NCBI GenBank assembly: GCA_977016875.1
Contig: CDRNST010000205.1
Span: 62,001 to 126,000, forward strand
DNA from: Pavona decussata
Taxonomy: Eukaryota
Length of the DNA: 64,000 nt
Direction of reading: 5' to 3'
A program made the position numbers and the translations under genes. The notes beneath the pieces were generated by a model. It saw only the letters and a list, made by a program, of their open reading frames with translations. It ran no database searches and was not told the DNA's origin. This document shows positions 11,701 to 24,641 of the stretch, piece after piece; positions within the stretch are counted from its first letter, which is position 1; each line of letters starts with the position of its first letter.

Positions 11701-14700
11701 CCGTTCAAACTCTCTCTTCCTGGCTGCAGCAGACTTTAGCAGGCTTTCAATGTACTTAGGCTAAAGGGATGATTCAAATGAAGAAAAACAGAAGGTTACC
11801 ATAGAAAACCACACCCAGCTGAGCTACAATCATAAATGCCAACTCTCATAAATTCTCACGAGTCTTCCACTGCAGACACAAAGCGAATCTCTTGGACTCC
11901 TGTAACTTTTGATCTTTCCTCTATTTTAACACCACATTTTCCAAAACCCAAAAAATTTGATTCAGTTTTTTAAATTTTTGTTATGGTTCCTGCTTGCATA
12001 TTTTGTGTATCTTTTACCCGATCTGTTACAGACATTTACAGCAACTAAAGGTAATGGATTGATTTTGTAGGAAAGTGGGAGAGGTCGATCTTTTATTTTA
12101 TTTTATTTTTTTTTTGGAGGGGGGGGGGTGGGATTGATTTGTGGGGGGTGGGATTGGTGATATGGAATTGACACAAACATAGAACTCTCAAGCTTCAGGA
12201 TCTCCAGAGATGGTATGAAATTCATGCATGCTCAGTTACCTTCCTGTCTTTCTCTGGAGCTTTGACATTGGCAGCTTTCTTTTTCTCTTCCATTTTATCA
12301 TAAACAGCATCATACTCGTACACTGTAGGATCCTCCTGCAAAGCTTTCTGGATTTCAATCTGTGTCTGAGTTCAAAGGAGAACATCATTTACTTCTAAAT
12401 TCTCATAGGAGACATTAAAAAAACCATACAAAAAGAAGTAAGAAGAATTTCTATTTTGATCTTGAGACTAAAAGGATAACATCGTTATAGTAACTACCTG
12501 CTTCATTTGTTTCTTCTTCTGAGCCTCTTGAATAAGAGACAAATTTACTTCTTTGTGGGCAGATTCCTAAACAACATTAAAACAAAGTGATGATGCCATA
12601 AGTTGTTAGAAAATATTTGATTTTTAAAAGCCTCCTGGTCAGGAATAAAAGTTTACACCCACCCTAGCAGCAGTTACATTGTTCAACCAGCCTCCTACGA
12701 GTGTCTATTTATTTGAGTGGTGTGGGGGTTAAATATATAGCATATCAGAGATGCCAACCTCTGAAGATCTGAAATCTGGAGATTTTTATCTTCTGAGCCC
12801 CCCCCCCCAAACAAAATTGATGCACTTAACTCCCCCCCCCCCCCCCCATTGGCACAAAATTCGCACGAAAGTAGAGTTTTTTTGTCCTGCTCTTTGGTTG
12901 TCCTGCTTTTTGGTTGAACGTTTATATCCAATCAAACAGTCGCTTATATTGCAATAATGATTAAATTAAAAGCATATTTTCTTTGGTTTCCGTCAGAGTT
13001 TGTGGAAGATTGGGTAAAAAAAGGTATGCAAATGCGCCCATGAGACGATATTTCTTAAATTTATGGAAAATTTAAGTTGAAATACTAGACTATTATACAA
13101 ATAAGACGCGAAGTAGATTTTATCCGGGAGGTTTAGTCACCCATACGGGAGACCGGGAGATTCGTTCCGTATCCGGGAGACTCCCGGATAATCCGGGAGA
13201 GTTGGGATGAATGCATATGAGTGCAGTTACAACAGTTTTTACTACATGTATAACTGAAAGTCTGTTTAAGAGCAGAGCCAGTGGGAGAACTCACATCCCA
13301 CCAATGTTCATAGTAATGTTAAAGAATGCAGTCAACATATACAAACAAGAAATGGGGCCTATCATCTGTGTTGTCAGGGTTTATGAGATGACATTTGAAT
13401 TGATGAATTTGTTTGTTTGTTTTTTTTTTTAACCTAAATTCAAATGTGAACTGCTAGTTGATATTTCTCTGTTGTCACATAAGTTCTCACTGCATTCACA
13501 AATCACAGAAGTTCATGCCTCTTGCTTGGCAATCTAATCACAGGTCTTGGTAAAATTTGAGCTGACTTAATGTCACATGACCTTACTTTAAAGGAAACCT
13601 CCACTCTTTAAATAAATTAACGTTAAATTGTTAAAGATACAATCTAATTTCATATTTCAATGGAAAACATGGAAATAATATTTCTGTGTCGGACAAAACA
13701 GAATTTGATTATCGCCTATTTTTCATTTTATATTTCCCGGGTGCCGCCATCTTGGATTTCATGACGTTATACGGTTGTTCTATTGTTTCACACAAAAGAA
13801 GTTCTGCTTGCTGACAATAGCGGCAACCGTATGACGTCATGAAATCCAAAATGGCGGCGCCCGGGAAATTTAAAATCGAAAATAGGCGATAATCATATCT
13901 AATTTTTAGCGCACTTGAATTTTATTTCTACTTTTTAAAATAAAATTTTAGAATTTAGACACTATTTCCGATAATTTACTGTCAATTTGTTTTCGGAGTG
14001 GAGGTTCCCTTTAAGAGTAACTGCGTGATACCCTACCACTTCTTACCAGATCACTATCATCTTCATGTTTGGGTATCCTTGAAAGATCAAGGCAGATAAC
14101 AATGTATCCTATTCTTACTCAATGACTTGCAATATGTGTAAGTGGCAGGGGTTAACCATTATTATGTTCAAAATGCTCATCATGCATAACCCCTTTACAA
14201 ACCTGTCTACTCCGCAGAAGGTGACTACTTATAAGGTAGTGGAAGTGTTCAGGAGAGATTTGCATGAAATGGTGTGTTGGCAGTAGGCTCAATTTTCACC
14301 ACCCCCTTGGGTCCAACCTTCCTCCCGGGTCATTTCCCGAACAGCAGCTAGTAATCAAGCCTACATGGACAGGTACATCTAAAATCACAAACATACCTCA
14401 TCATCACTGGAGTCATTATCAAAGACAGCCAGTTTCTTCCCAGGTTTGTTAGTCTTTTTATTTGGAATTATGAGCCCATACCTATACAACAAGGCAAGTC
14501 AGTGGCAAATATGATAAAGTAAAGCCCTGGTCAGACAGTGCACGATAGTCGATGATAGTTGATGATACTCAAAACTATCATCCACAATTATCAACTATCA
14601 AACGGGTCAGGGCTCAATGTTAGCGACCAGCTGGTCGCATATGCGACTAGATTTTTTATTTTGCGCCTGAAAAATCATATGTGATCGCACTCATGCGCCT

Positions 14701-16677
14701 ATAAACACTTAAGTTCAGTGCGCCTGAATTGGGGCCACTTTGATTCCTCACCTGACAATTATTGTGTACTCTGTCTGATTAAAAACGAAACAGAAGCTTG
14801 AAATAAATTCAAATGTGGATGTAGCGCAATTAGGTTCCACATAATAAAGTTACACTTTTTTTCTTGCATCAGTGTGTGTTTTATTTGTTGTTTTCCCAAG
14901 TCCATTTCTTGTCCGTGTTTCAACCCACCCCAGACTCTTCTCGGTTTTGTGACCACACCGCCGACACCTACGAGTGAAGGCAACCTTCTGAAACACGTGC
15001 TTCTCGCACAATTTAGTTCGCTTTGCCGATATCAAAGAGTCAAGCATGTCTAAAAAATCTGGGTCAAGAGACTTTTTTTCTTCAAGGCAAGCACAAGTGT
15101 TACGTATTTCCTGTGAATCAATGAATTTTATTTCAGTTAAGTCAATGCGCAGTCAACAATGTAATTTATTCTCTTTTTCGAAATGCTCATTTACAAAAAG
15201 ACAATTTATTCTCAAACAGCCAACTCAGTGCTGCCTTCCAACTCATTTGACCCAACTACAGCAGTTGTGAAGTGGATAAACAGTGGGCAGTCAGATCAAG
15301 GCGACCTAACCTTACCTACAGAAAGTGGCCACATGAATTAATTTCAGTTGGTGATCCTTGGGACTTGAAGGATTTCGTCTGATTGAAAGGATTCAATGAC
15401 GTTATTCCTTACCTTTGTTTTGTTTTGTCTTATTATCTTGTTTAACGTATCATAACATGTAATGTTCAAAAAAATGTAACAGTTTTTTTGCTATCGCAAA
15501 CGTACAGTAAGAGACTGAAAGAAACAAACACACGATTGAAATAAAACATTACTGTGCTGGTTAACGATCGGCAAGCAAAAATAAGCAAAAGAAATGAACA
15601 ACGTTTCGGTGTCGTCATGACACCATTATCAACGATCATTGATAAAATGTCTGAAGCTTCTGATTTGTCTTTTTGGTGCTACCAGTATTTTAAGTTGTGC
15701 TCCTAAAATTTTAAGCTGCGCGCCTAAAATTTCGGCAGTGCGCCTAGAAATTTACACCTGGTAGCACAGGTGCTCCCAAAGTCAAAAATAAACTTTGAGC
15801 CCTGCGGGTGGTCAAACGGCTCAAAGAAACTCGTGATAGGTGACTATAGTTTACCGTGAGGCACCTGCCGAGTGTCAACAGCGCAAACAAAACTTCGCAT
15901 GGATGAATTTTTTGCAGCGAAAGAGGGCGTCAGCCTGCTCTGTTTTCCTTCAGTTGTTGGAAGAACGAACGGAAAATGAATCTAGTGAGCGCTGGTAGAG
16001 AAGACAGCTCATCAAAAACTATCATTGACTATCATGCGCGTGATCAAACAGGAACAACTATCATCAACTATCATGAAGAATTTGAACATGCTCAAAGTGA
16101 ATGATAGTTGACGAAAGTCGATGCTAGCGCATGATAGTTGGTGGTCAAACAAGCGCGAGAGTTTTAACTATCATTGACTATCATGCGCCGTTGACTAGGG
16201 CTTAAAAACCAAGTCATTACTGCTTCAATACAGCTTACTATTAAATGGCCCACAGGTGAAAAGTGGCCCTGCTTTAGTTAAACGAACATAACATTAACGT
16301 AACATGCTGAGAACACAGAGAACATGTAAACTAGTTTGCCTTAGCAAGGGATGGAGTGAAAGCGAATGTTTGGATTTATCGACAGATTTGGTAAGGTAAT
16401 ATAATTCTGCCACCGTAAAGAGATTCGAGTGCGTTAGCCCATTCACTCTGACGAAGAGTTAACACTCGAAACTTCAGCACTCGAATATCTGTGCGGTGGC
16501 CAAATTATTAACTTAGCGACTCCGCTGATAAAACTAAACACGTTTCTTTAGTAGGTTGGTTGTATTTTAAAAGCGTTGAAACTACTGCCATTTTATGCTT
16601 CTTGCATACTTTTGAGAATACACACATTTTATAGAAAAACAAAGCAGTTGCCAGACTAACCTTTTGGGTTCTCCCAT
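8754..16677 (-). CDS. NSRP1: Nuclear speckle splicing regulatory protein 1 (NSRP1/CCDC55), 7 coding exons
   Basis: Exons (-): 16677-16661, 14481-14397, 12566-12498, 12365-12240, 11760-11621, 10667-10600, 9520-8754. GT-AG with consistent phases. Reads MGEPKRYGLIIPNKK...ALQEDPTVYEYDAVYDKM...PKYIESLLKSAAARKREFERTVERQVQKERENEQGEFNDKEAFVTEAYRKKM...DVTKQKDLSLFYRNLLNQ, then an R/S/D/H-rich region and SAKERYLARK. Confidence 0.93.
13592..14010. mobile_element. MITE with TTAA target duplication (Kolobok-like) in NSRP1 intron 2
   Basis: TTAA-AGGAAACCTCCACTC ... GAGTGGAGGTTCCCT-TTAA, with long internal inverted arms (about 13700-13776 vs 13824-13895). Confidence 0.8.
14523..16202. mobile_element. PIF/Harbinger-like MITE (TAA TSD), split by a nested element
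   Basis: TAA-AGCCCTGGTCA...gatagtcgatgatagtt on the left and aactatcattgactatca...TGACTAGGGCT-TAA on the right, with many tgatagt/actatca repeats. Confidence 0.65.
14608..15804. mobile_element. Non-autonomous hAT-like element with 5-bp TSD (CGGGT)
   Basis: CGGGT-CAGGGCTCAA ... TTGAGCCCTG-CGGGT, with gcgcct/gcgac subterminal repeats. Confidence 0.75.
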
Positions 16678-17856
16678 CTTGAATAATGCCCTTTCTGCTA
16701 TCAAACGTGCTAAAAACTTACTAACAACCTTCACATTCACAACAGAGTAAACTTGAGCCCGTTGGTCAGCGGAGCATTTATGGTGGACGATTTCGTACAT
16801 TTTTACGCGGGATGCCGTGAGGACAGACCGTGTCTAAAATTGGTGGGCCCGGTATCTGTTTTTTTTTTTTTTTTTTTTCTTCATGGTAGCTTCAAAGCTG
16901 CACACTAATTTATTCATTAAACTCCGCTTTATCCTAGAAGGGATCAATTGTTCTGGTTGTCTTCAACAAAAACGGCCCAATCAAAATCTATTATCGGCGC
17001 GTATATCACGAGGGAGGGGACCCCTTTATCCCTACCTGTGTGACGTCAAATCATCATTTGATTTATTCATTAAACCTGGATTAAAATTCTGCTCTCTCCT
17101 AGAAGGGATGTTTTTGTCCACGGCCATATTGTTTACATGTTTTAGACTCAACTATGCCGTTTTCAAAAAGAAAATAAACCCTTTTAAGCTGTAAATCGAA
17201 AGAATAACTTCTAAAAAGCACTCGACAGTTAAAACGGTGCAAGTTGAAAACGGTGGAAATTGAAGAGTTCCTGGCGAAGGAATCATGCTTTGTTTGACAG
17301 TTGTAGAACCACAACGAGAGGAGGAAAGGTCATCGATAAGCTAAAACACACATGACCAGAATAGTCCGGCATTACGTTATCGTAATGCAATTTCCGGTAT
17401 AACCATAGCTAGCATAACACAAGGAAATACTGAGACAACATCACGCTATCTTTGTGACTCAAACCATTTCATTAGCTAGGATAGTTTTAAAAATCTGCGA
17501 AGATACAATGGGAATATATGAGGCCACATCAAGCGTCCCGCGAAATCTCCATTAGGGGTATCTTGCATGTATATATAAAAAGACTACTACCCAACCGAGT
17601 GACGGTGGCGCAAGGGTGGTTCTCCCTTATATATGCTCCAGGGGCGGTATACCTGTAAGGTCCCAGTGGAAATGAATATTGAGAAGGTTAATTTCTAACA
17701 AAACTGCTGTGCTGCGTTGGTGAAGAATAGAAACGAATGTTTGGTTTATCAACACAGTTGATGAACAAAGGTAAATTGGCCACTGTAAAAGAGATTCGTC
17801 CGGTGCTGACGTCCCTTCGTCAGAGCGAAGGGCTAGCGCTCAGGACGAAGGGCTTA

Positions 17857-18366
17857 CCGTAAATGATCTAATAAACTCCCCGGCCCTCTCTTATGAACGC
17901 CTCCTATCTAATAAACGCCCCCCTAAGCTGACAAGTTTGCATTAAACGCCCCTCTCTAACAAACGCCCCCTGTCTAATAAACGCCCCCCTTCCCTGAAAA
18001 CCACACATAAACTAGAAACAGATTTACAATACAATCAATCAATTTGTTTGCGTTCTTGCTTAATTTACACCGGTGTGTGAGTCGCGTCTTGCTCAATTTC
18101 TAGTTCAAAGTGAGGATAGCGCTCTTCTCTGATGCTCTTGATCTCTGTGCTTAGGATATCAGCAATTTTCTGTCAGCTTGTCCTAGCATTGTAGCATCCC
18201 GGAATTACAAGGCCTACTTCACGTTTGACTTGATAGTCTGCTAAAGCACTGTCATTTAGGTTATTATAGATCCATATTTTTACAGTTAGCCTCCTATCTT
18301 TTAAACGCCCCCTTCGAACCCTTGAAATTCAATAAACGCCCCCGACGTTTATTAGATCATTTACGG
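17857..18366. mobile_element. Tc1/mariner(pogo)-type MITE, TA TSD
   Basis: TA-CCGTAAATGATCTAATAAAC ... GTTTATTAGATCATTTACGG-TA, with taaacgcccc repeats. Confidence 0.85.
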
Positions 18367-20485
18367 TACGCTCTAAACGTCAACACGTACTCGAATCTCT
18401 TCCAATGGCCAACTTACCTTTACTTATCAACTCTGTTGATAAATCAAACATTCCCAATGAAAATGGTTTTCGACCTGTTTTGGTCTGGAAATCGTATCAA
18501 GGGATTTATGGGAAAATGCTGAAAATGGGCATGGATTTGGTATTTAGGCTGAAAAATATGGACATCCGTTTGGGCGTCAGGTCTGAAAATCTTTAGTAAA
18601 AGGCACATATTTTAAGCTGCCATATTCATTTATTTATTCATAATTTTCAAACCAGTTCACCCTCAACGCTTTCAGCACCTGAGAGCGTTTTGGCGACCAA
18701 GTCCGAGTTTCAACTATTCATTTAATTCGTGCTGAATCCGATTCAAAACGCAAAAAAAACCTGACCGCCTTTGCGCCTATTGAGCTTTATTCAGGCTTTA
18801 TTGTTTCGTAAGTGGCAAAAATCTCAATATTTTAGATTATGCTAATCGATACTGAACTGAAAAACGCTCCAATGTAAAGTCGAGATATTTACTTACACAA
18901 TGGATATTCATGATTTTCGTGATAGATGAATTGTACCAAAAAATTATTCACACATGCGCACCTCAGCTCAAACTGGCTTTTAAAATCTTAACGGACATTT
19001 CGTTTGCTGCTTTACGTACCGAAAGAACTTAAATTTGAAACGAAAGTTGGTCTCTGAAAAGTTAGCCCATGCACAAGTTTCCCAAGCGTTTACCAGACTT
19101 TGCCTGGAACTTCAGCGGACAGTTTGAAAGATTAACCTGAAAGGTTTGAGTGATAGTACGTGAAGGCCGCGCGTAAATGCAAGTCCAAGAGTTGTACAGT
19201 TGAAACCCGCCTGAGAATATAGGAATAGATCATGGCAATGTCTATTTAACAAGGAAGAAGGCTTCGATTTGGTGGATTAATCCAATATAGAGGTAAGTTG
19301 CTAACGGCTGTCAACAGTTGGATTGCAAAGTTTGCTGCTGTCCAAAGCTCGTTTTAATTTTCTATCATCATGTGCTCTAAAGCCACGTAATTTGCTTCCC
19401 CCCTCCGTTTCTTCATTTATTTCTTCATGTTTCTTATAGGCATTTATTTACTCTTTGCTTTAGAATACGCTGCTGCAGAAATCGCGAATCAAACATCCTC
19501 TTCCACCTACGAAAGAATAAAAAGATAACGTGACTTTACACTCGGAAGAGACTTGAGTGATGGCAAATGTAAGTATTAGAACATTATTTACCTATTAAAT
19601 ATAATCGTAAACGTATCGGACTCTGGCTTGGGAAAACTTTAAAACACAACATTTATCAAAAACTTAGAAACATACATACATACATACATACATACATACA
19701 TACATACATACATACATACATACATACATACATACATACATACATACATAATCTTTATTTAAACACGATGATTTTTAAAGCTGTTAGTTTGTGGGGTCGT
19801 GTGTTTACTTCTAAACTAACCTAATCTACGTTACATTAGAAAAAGACTCTCCGGCGGAATATCTTCGGCCTTCGTCGGTTTCAAAAAGAGTAATAAGTGG
19901 GTGCTAAATGCACTGACAACATGTAATGAAAGATCACTGCCGAGCAGAGCGAGATAACGAAGATAACAGAGTCCGATAAGTTTAAGATTATATTATGTCC
20001 ATTCCTGGGTAAAATTTTATCATTTTTCTTATTTAGTTAAATAATTAATTCAGATTAATTAATTAATTAATTTATTTATTTATTTATTTATTTATTTACC
20101 GAACAAATCTTCACTTGTGCTAGAGCGTTACGGACTCTGTTACAATATAAAAAGTTGATAATAAGATATTCAACGCTTTTTGAAGTTTTTATGAAAAAAA
20201 GAAAAGAAACAAAATTAATAAGCACAACTGAACTACATATAGGCATCTATCAATATCGCGTTCTTTGGAGGGCAAGACAGATAGAGTTCTTTTCTGTTAA
20301 TTTGGGTGGTTTCAGTTGTTTGTTTATTTTTAACCAAGGAAAATGGCTTTTGCTAGGCCAGCTCCGAAAACTTTTTACTCCACGATGATTTCACTAACAG
20401 TATTTTAAAATCCATTCACTCCTCTGCCGCCTCTAACCGCTCGGGACCAGGCTTCTTGTGCTTTTGTGGCATCATCAAATTTAAC

Positions 20486-20629
20486 ATCCTCAAAGACTCA
20501 GGGGCAGCTAGTCGGGAGGAATAGATTTTCGTGGGCACAAGTTTACAAAAACAACAACCGTTGTTGTGTAAACTTTCGCCCACGGAAATCCCTTCCTGTC
20601 GACTAGCTGCCTCTGGGTCTCCGAGGATG
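20486..20629. mobile_element. Short inverted-repeat element
   Basis: CATCCTCaaAGACtCAGGGGCAGCTAGTCG ... CGACTAGCTGCCtCTGGGTCTccGAGGATG. A half copy occurs near 30950. Confidence 0.55.
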
Positions 20630-21196
20630 CAATTTTAACTACATGACCAACAAAGTTCAAGCCTGGAGTTTCTTAGGCTTTCTTTTCGCAACTGCTTAAT
20701 TTGCGTGCTAACTGCAAGGATCTTTCTTCTATTTGACGTTTCATCCGCAGTCCAAAAGATATGTTTCATATATTTACATTCAAAGTTGTTTATGATAACC
20801 AGCCGATGCATGAAGTGGGATAAGATCATAAAAACCATGCCTAGATGAGAATGATCATCGGATGGATTAGACCAGGACTACATCCGAAGAATTTTCCCCA
20901 CAAAATTGGAAGAACAATTTAGCTCCTCTATGGATCCCTTGTTCCTGCCAAAAATATACTCTTCCTTTTTGGACATAAGGGACATTTATGCGAGAGAATT
21001 AAATAACCTATGGCTCAGCTAAGTCGTAAAATTACCATAAAGAGGGTGTCAGTGGGGGAGAGAGGAGGTAGCTTTGACGGTTAAATTTTACCGATTTCGA
21101 CGGTTACAGGTTTAAGTTTGGGGAACATGAATTTGGGAACATGGAAATTGGAAATTTGGAGCCTGAAGTCCGGGATGAGCAACTAAAATAGTGATA

Positions 21197-21386
21197 CAGT
21201 CGGACCTCTATTAAGCGGCCACCTATTAAGCGGCCACCCTCCATTAAGCGGCCACTTTCCAAAGTCCCGAATTATTATTTTGTCAGTAAAGTGCTGTATT
21301 CGATACCTCTATTCAACGGCCAACCTCTATTAAGCGGCCAGTTTTCAAAGTCCCCAGGGTGGCCGCTTAACAAAGAGGTCCGATTG
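21197..21386. mobile_element. Tc1/pogo-type MITE, TA TSD
   Basis: TA-CAGTCGGACCTCT ... AGAGGTCCGAtTG-TA, with ttaagcggcca repeats. Confidence 0.8.
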
Positions 21387-22417
21387 TATTTAAAAAACCT
21401 TGAAACCATTTGATGGATAACAATATCTGCTTTTAAGTTGACGGTAAAAATTGCCCTTTTTGACGGTTGGCGGTTAAATTTTAGGTTGTTGAGGCCCTCC
21501 CTAAAAGCATCGAAAGAATAACATTTAGGCCATGGCTTATCTTAGAGTCGCTTTTGTGGGAAACGTCAAACGAGAGATTCGCGTTTATGTTTTCTTGGAA
21601 AAATGAGTACACCAATGAAAGGAGTGTAAAATATTTTGGCCTTTGATGCTAACGCAATCATTTTACTGAGAAACTGAAAATAGCGAGCGATAAATGTGAA
21701 CAAACATGGTCTCGTGGTCATTTCTGACGTAATTCTAACTCTCTCCATTACTACTATACTGCGCGTGTGAAATATTTACCGTGATGACCTGGTAACCAGT
21801 TTTCTTTTTTGGCGGGAAAAAGAGCGCGCCGCGCTGCTCGCGCTCCACAAAAAAGAAAAAAAAAAGAAACAACAACGACAAACGACCATTAACAACTCAT
21901 GTTTACCTCAACAACTAAGGGCTAATTAACGGCAAAGACAAGCCAATAGAACCAAATGTGTGCAAATGGTCTTTTCTGCCAAGAAAACGATACAATGTAA
22001 AATGTTCGACGATGCAAAAACATCTACAGTGGTAAGTTTTTTACGTATCTGAGACGGTGTCCTTTCCGTCGTTGTCTTGTAAACAATGACACATTTTGAT
22101 ATTCTTGGCGGCTTTAATAGCTTAATTTCTCTTATATAAATGGCCGAAATGAGCGTTTTATTGATACCCCGCAAAGATCCCAGCAAAAAGGAGAAAAAAG
22201 GCGAAACGGGAAACGCTACTGAGTACTAAAACTCGAACAGTAACTGTGGTGTCGCAGTTTTTGATATCCATAATTTAGCTCAAAAACTGGTTTGTGCGAA
22301 TACCCGAAAAACGAGAAGAAAACGGGAAGATGGCATTTGTACTTGAAAAGGAAAGGCTGTGCAGAGTTGAAATGAGCACCACGATTAGAACTGGAGAAAG
22401 TTCTGCCTTTGTAATGA

Positions 22418-22745
22418 CATCTACAAACGGCTGGACTTCTAGTCTTCTCGGATAAAGACGATAAACCGTAGGTCCCGTTACGTAACACTTGCTCCTAATG
22501 ATCTGTGGGACTTGAAGAACCCACACTCTGTTCAAAAAGAGTAAGGGACGTAGTCCCCGGTGTGGTGGTGGTCTATCTCTATATCTGATTTAATCTGTCT
22601 TTCACATTCACGCGTGGGTTGAGTGGGTGGATGAGATCAAAACGTGGATTAAGAGCAGCTGCCAGTGGCGCCTTTACACTCCACTCCACAGGAGAATTCT
22701 AAACCGCCATGAGAATATGTGATATATGCGGTATAAAAAACATTA
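22418..22745 (+). repeat. Dispersed SINE-like repeat (partial second copy at about 11176-11290)
   Basis: Shares the ct[ga]caaa[ct]gg..agact(t)tctagtcttctcggataa.gacga.aaaccg(g)taggcc-like block with 11176-11235; ends in short cattac repeats. Confidence 0.55.
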
Positions 22746-23242
22746 CCATTACCATCTCAGTTAGTCTGTTTGTATATAAATTTGAAGATTTGTTTATCAA
22801 AAGAGATGGAATCTGACTCAGATTTATCAAATCTTCAGTTTCCGTGGGTAGGGAAATACGCTATCAGAAACTGTCTCAGGAGTGACGCCCATCTTCCACT
22901 GATAATTCTGAAAAGGGTGTGCAGACGTGCTATTTTGAAACTGGGACTAAGCAATAAACTTTCATTGCTGATTTAATTATTTTTCTTTAGCTGAAAAGAA
23001 ATGCAGTACTTAACATCCAGTCAAAATGAGCAAAGGATTCCGGAATCTAAACTATGTTGACAGACGTGGAAAATGCATATACAAATGTAAGTCCTTTTTG
23101 CCTTTTTGCTAGACTGTTTATTGCCAGTCTTCATTCACTGCCTAAACCAGTGATAATGCTACATACCAGACTATGATCTAGATTTCTCTATTATGATTAT
23201 TAATATCCATGGTCTGCAAATGACTAGAATAAACTATATTAC

Positions 23243-23288
<46 letters not shown>

Positions 23289-23485
23289 GTTATTATTATT
23301 ATTAGGCTGGATAATGCAATGTAAACTGAGAATGTCTTGAGTTGTTATCCATTTCACGATATAAATAGTGTGCAAAAATTGATTTCCAATTATGTTATTG
23401 AATTTTATTGCATGCAACCATACTTGTACAGTACGCTTAGAGTCGTGTTGATTGATTGTAAAATTTATTTTATTATTCGTTATTC

Positions 23486-23645
23486 NNNNNNNNNNNNNNN
23501 NNNNNNNNNNNNNNNNNNNNNNNNNNNNNNNNNNNNNNNNNNNNNNNNNNNNNNNNNNNNNNNNNNNNNNNNNNNNNNNNNNNNNNNNNNNNNNNNNNNN
23601 NNNNNNNNNNNNNNNNNNNNNNNNNNNNNNNNNNNNNNNNNNNNN
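23486..23645. other. Assembly gap (160 N)
   Basis: Run of N. Confidence 1.
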
Positions 23646-23870
23646 TTGAACAATTATTCCAAGAGCGCGGGTTGCATTGGATGAGATGATAGACAACCAT
23701 TGAGGATCGTACGACCAAGTTGGCTATAATCATCTTCTGATATCCAACAAGCTGAACAAGCTCGAGTGAATTAATTTATTTTATTCAGAAAACAATAAAG
23801 AAATGTTGCTAGCTGTAGCTCTATTTCATTTTGCAAAGACGGCCAGGAGATGATATTTCAAGCATGGTAT
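23646..23870 (+). repeat. Dispersed ~225-bp repeat, near-identical copy at 39182-39410
   Basis: ttgaacaattattccaagagcgcgggttgcattggatgagatgatagacaacc...ccaggagatgatatttcaagcatggtatattgg occurs at both sites. Confidence 0.85.
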
Positions 23871-23929
23871 ATTGGTATATTTCAAGCATGGTAATATTAT
23901 TATTTTACATGTATACATACATATAGAGA

Positions 23930-24127
23930 GGCTGCGTTGCGTAGTGGTTAGGGCGCCGGACTTGTTATCCGGAGGTCCCGGGTTCAAGTCCCGCTCTGAC
24001 CGCTTGGATTTGTTTCACGGTAGCTCCGTTTTCAAATCCAAGACCACGCTTTGTAAATAGCCAACTGGTTTGCTTCCCGCCTGTTGGGATTCTTAACAAA
24101 TGTTATGTTCTGTTTGTGTATTTATTT
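23930..24127 (+). mobile_element. tRNA-derived SINE
   Basis: A box-like GCGTAGTGGTTAGGGC and B box-like GGTTCAAGTCC, followed by a non-tRNA body and a tattt tail. Confidence 0.75.
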
Positions 24128-24595
24128 AACAGACTTATAGCGTTAGTGCTGAATACTTCGACTCTTAAATTAATTAATTAATTAATTAATTAATTTGTTT
24201 ATTCATATTTCCCTAACACGTCGCCTTTTTGGTATCCTGTGGTCCTTATTGTGTCGTATCTCTAACCTGCACAACCACTTGTCCAAATTTGTCGTGAGCT
24301 TTACTGTGAGCATTTCGTCTATGATCATCTTGTGTGAGGAGGGGGATAGACTGCTTGCAGACCCCCTTCTTCTCTTAAGATCCCTCGAGGGTTAATCAAT
24401 CCATCGAAGGCGAGCTACAATAGGGGTGTGAACGAGTAGGGGGTGGGGCGAGACGCTATCGCCTGGTCCCAATCCTCCTTGTCCCAATTTTTCGATGCGT
24501 GTTTACCACAACACAAACTTCCAGAGTAGGAGGGAGAGAGAAACAGATTACAAGTAGGAGGGGGAAGAAATTATCATCATTACGATAATAACAAC

Positions 24596-24641
<46 letters not shown>

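Noticed and set aside
23178-23733. ORFs of 65-172 aa
   Set aside because: They are inflated by the N gap and a TTA microsatellite.
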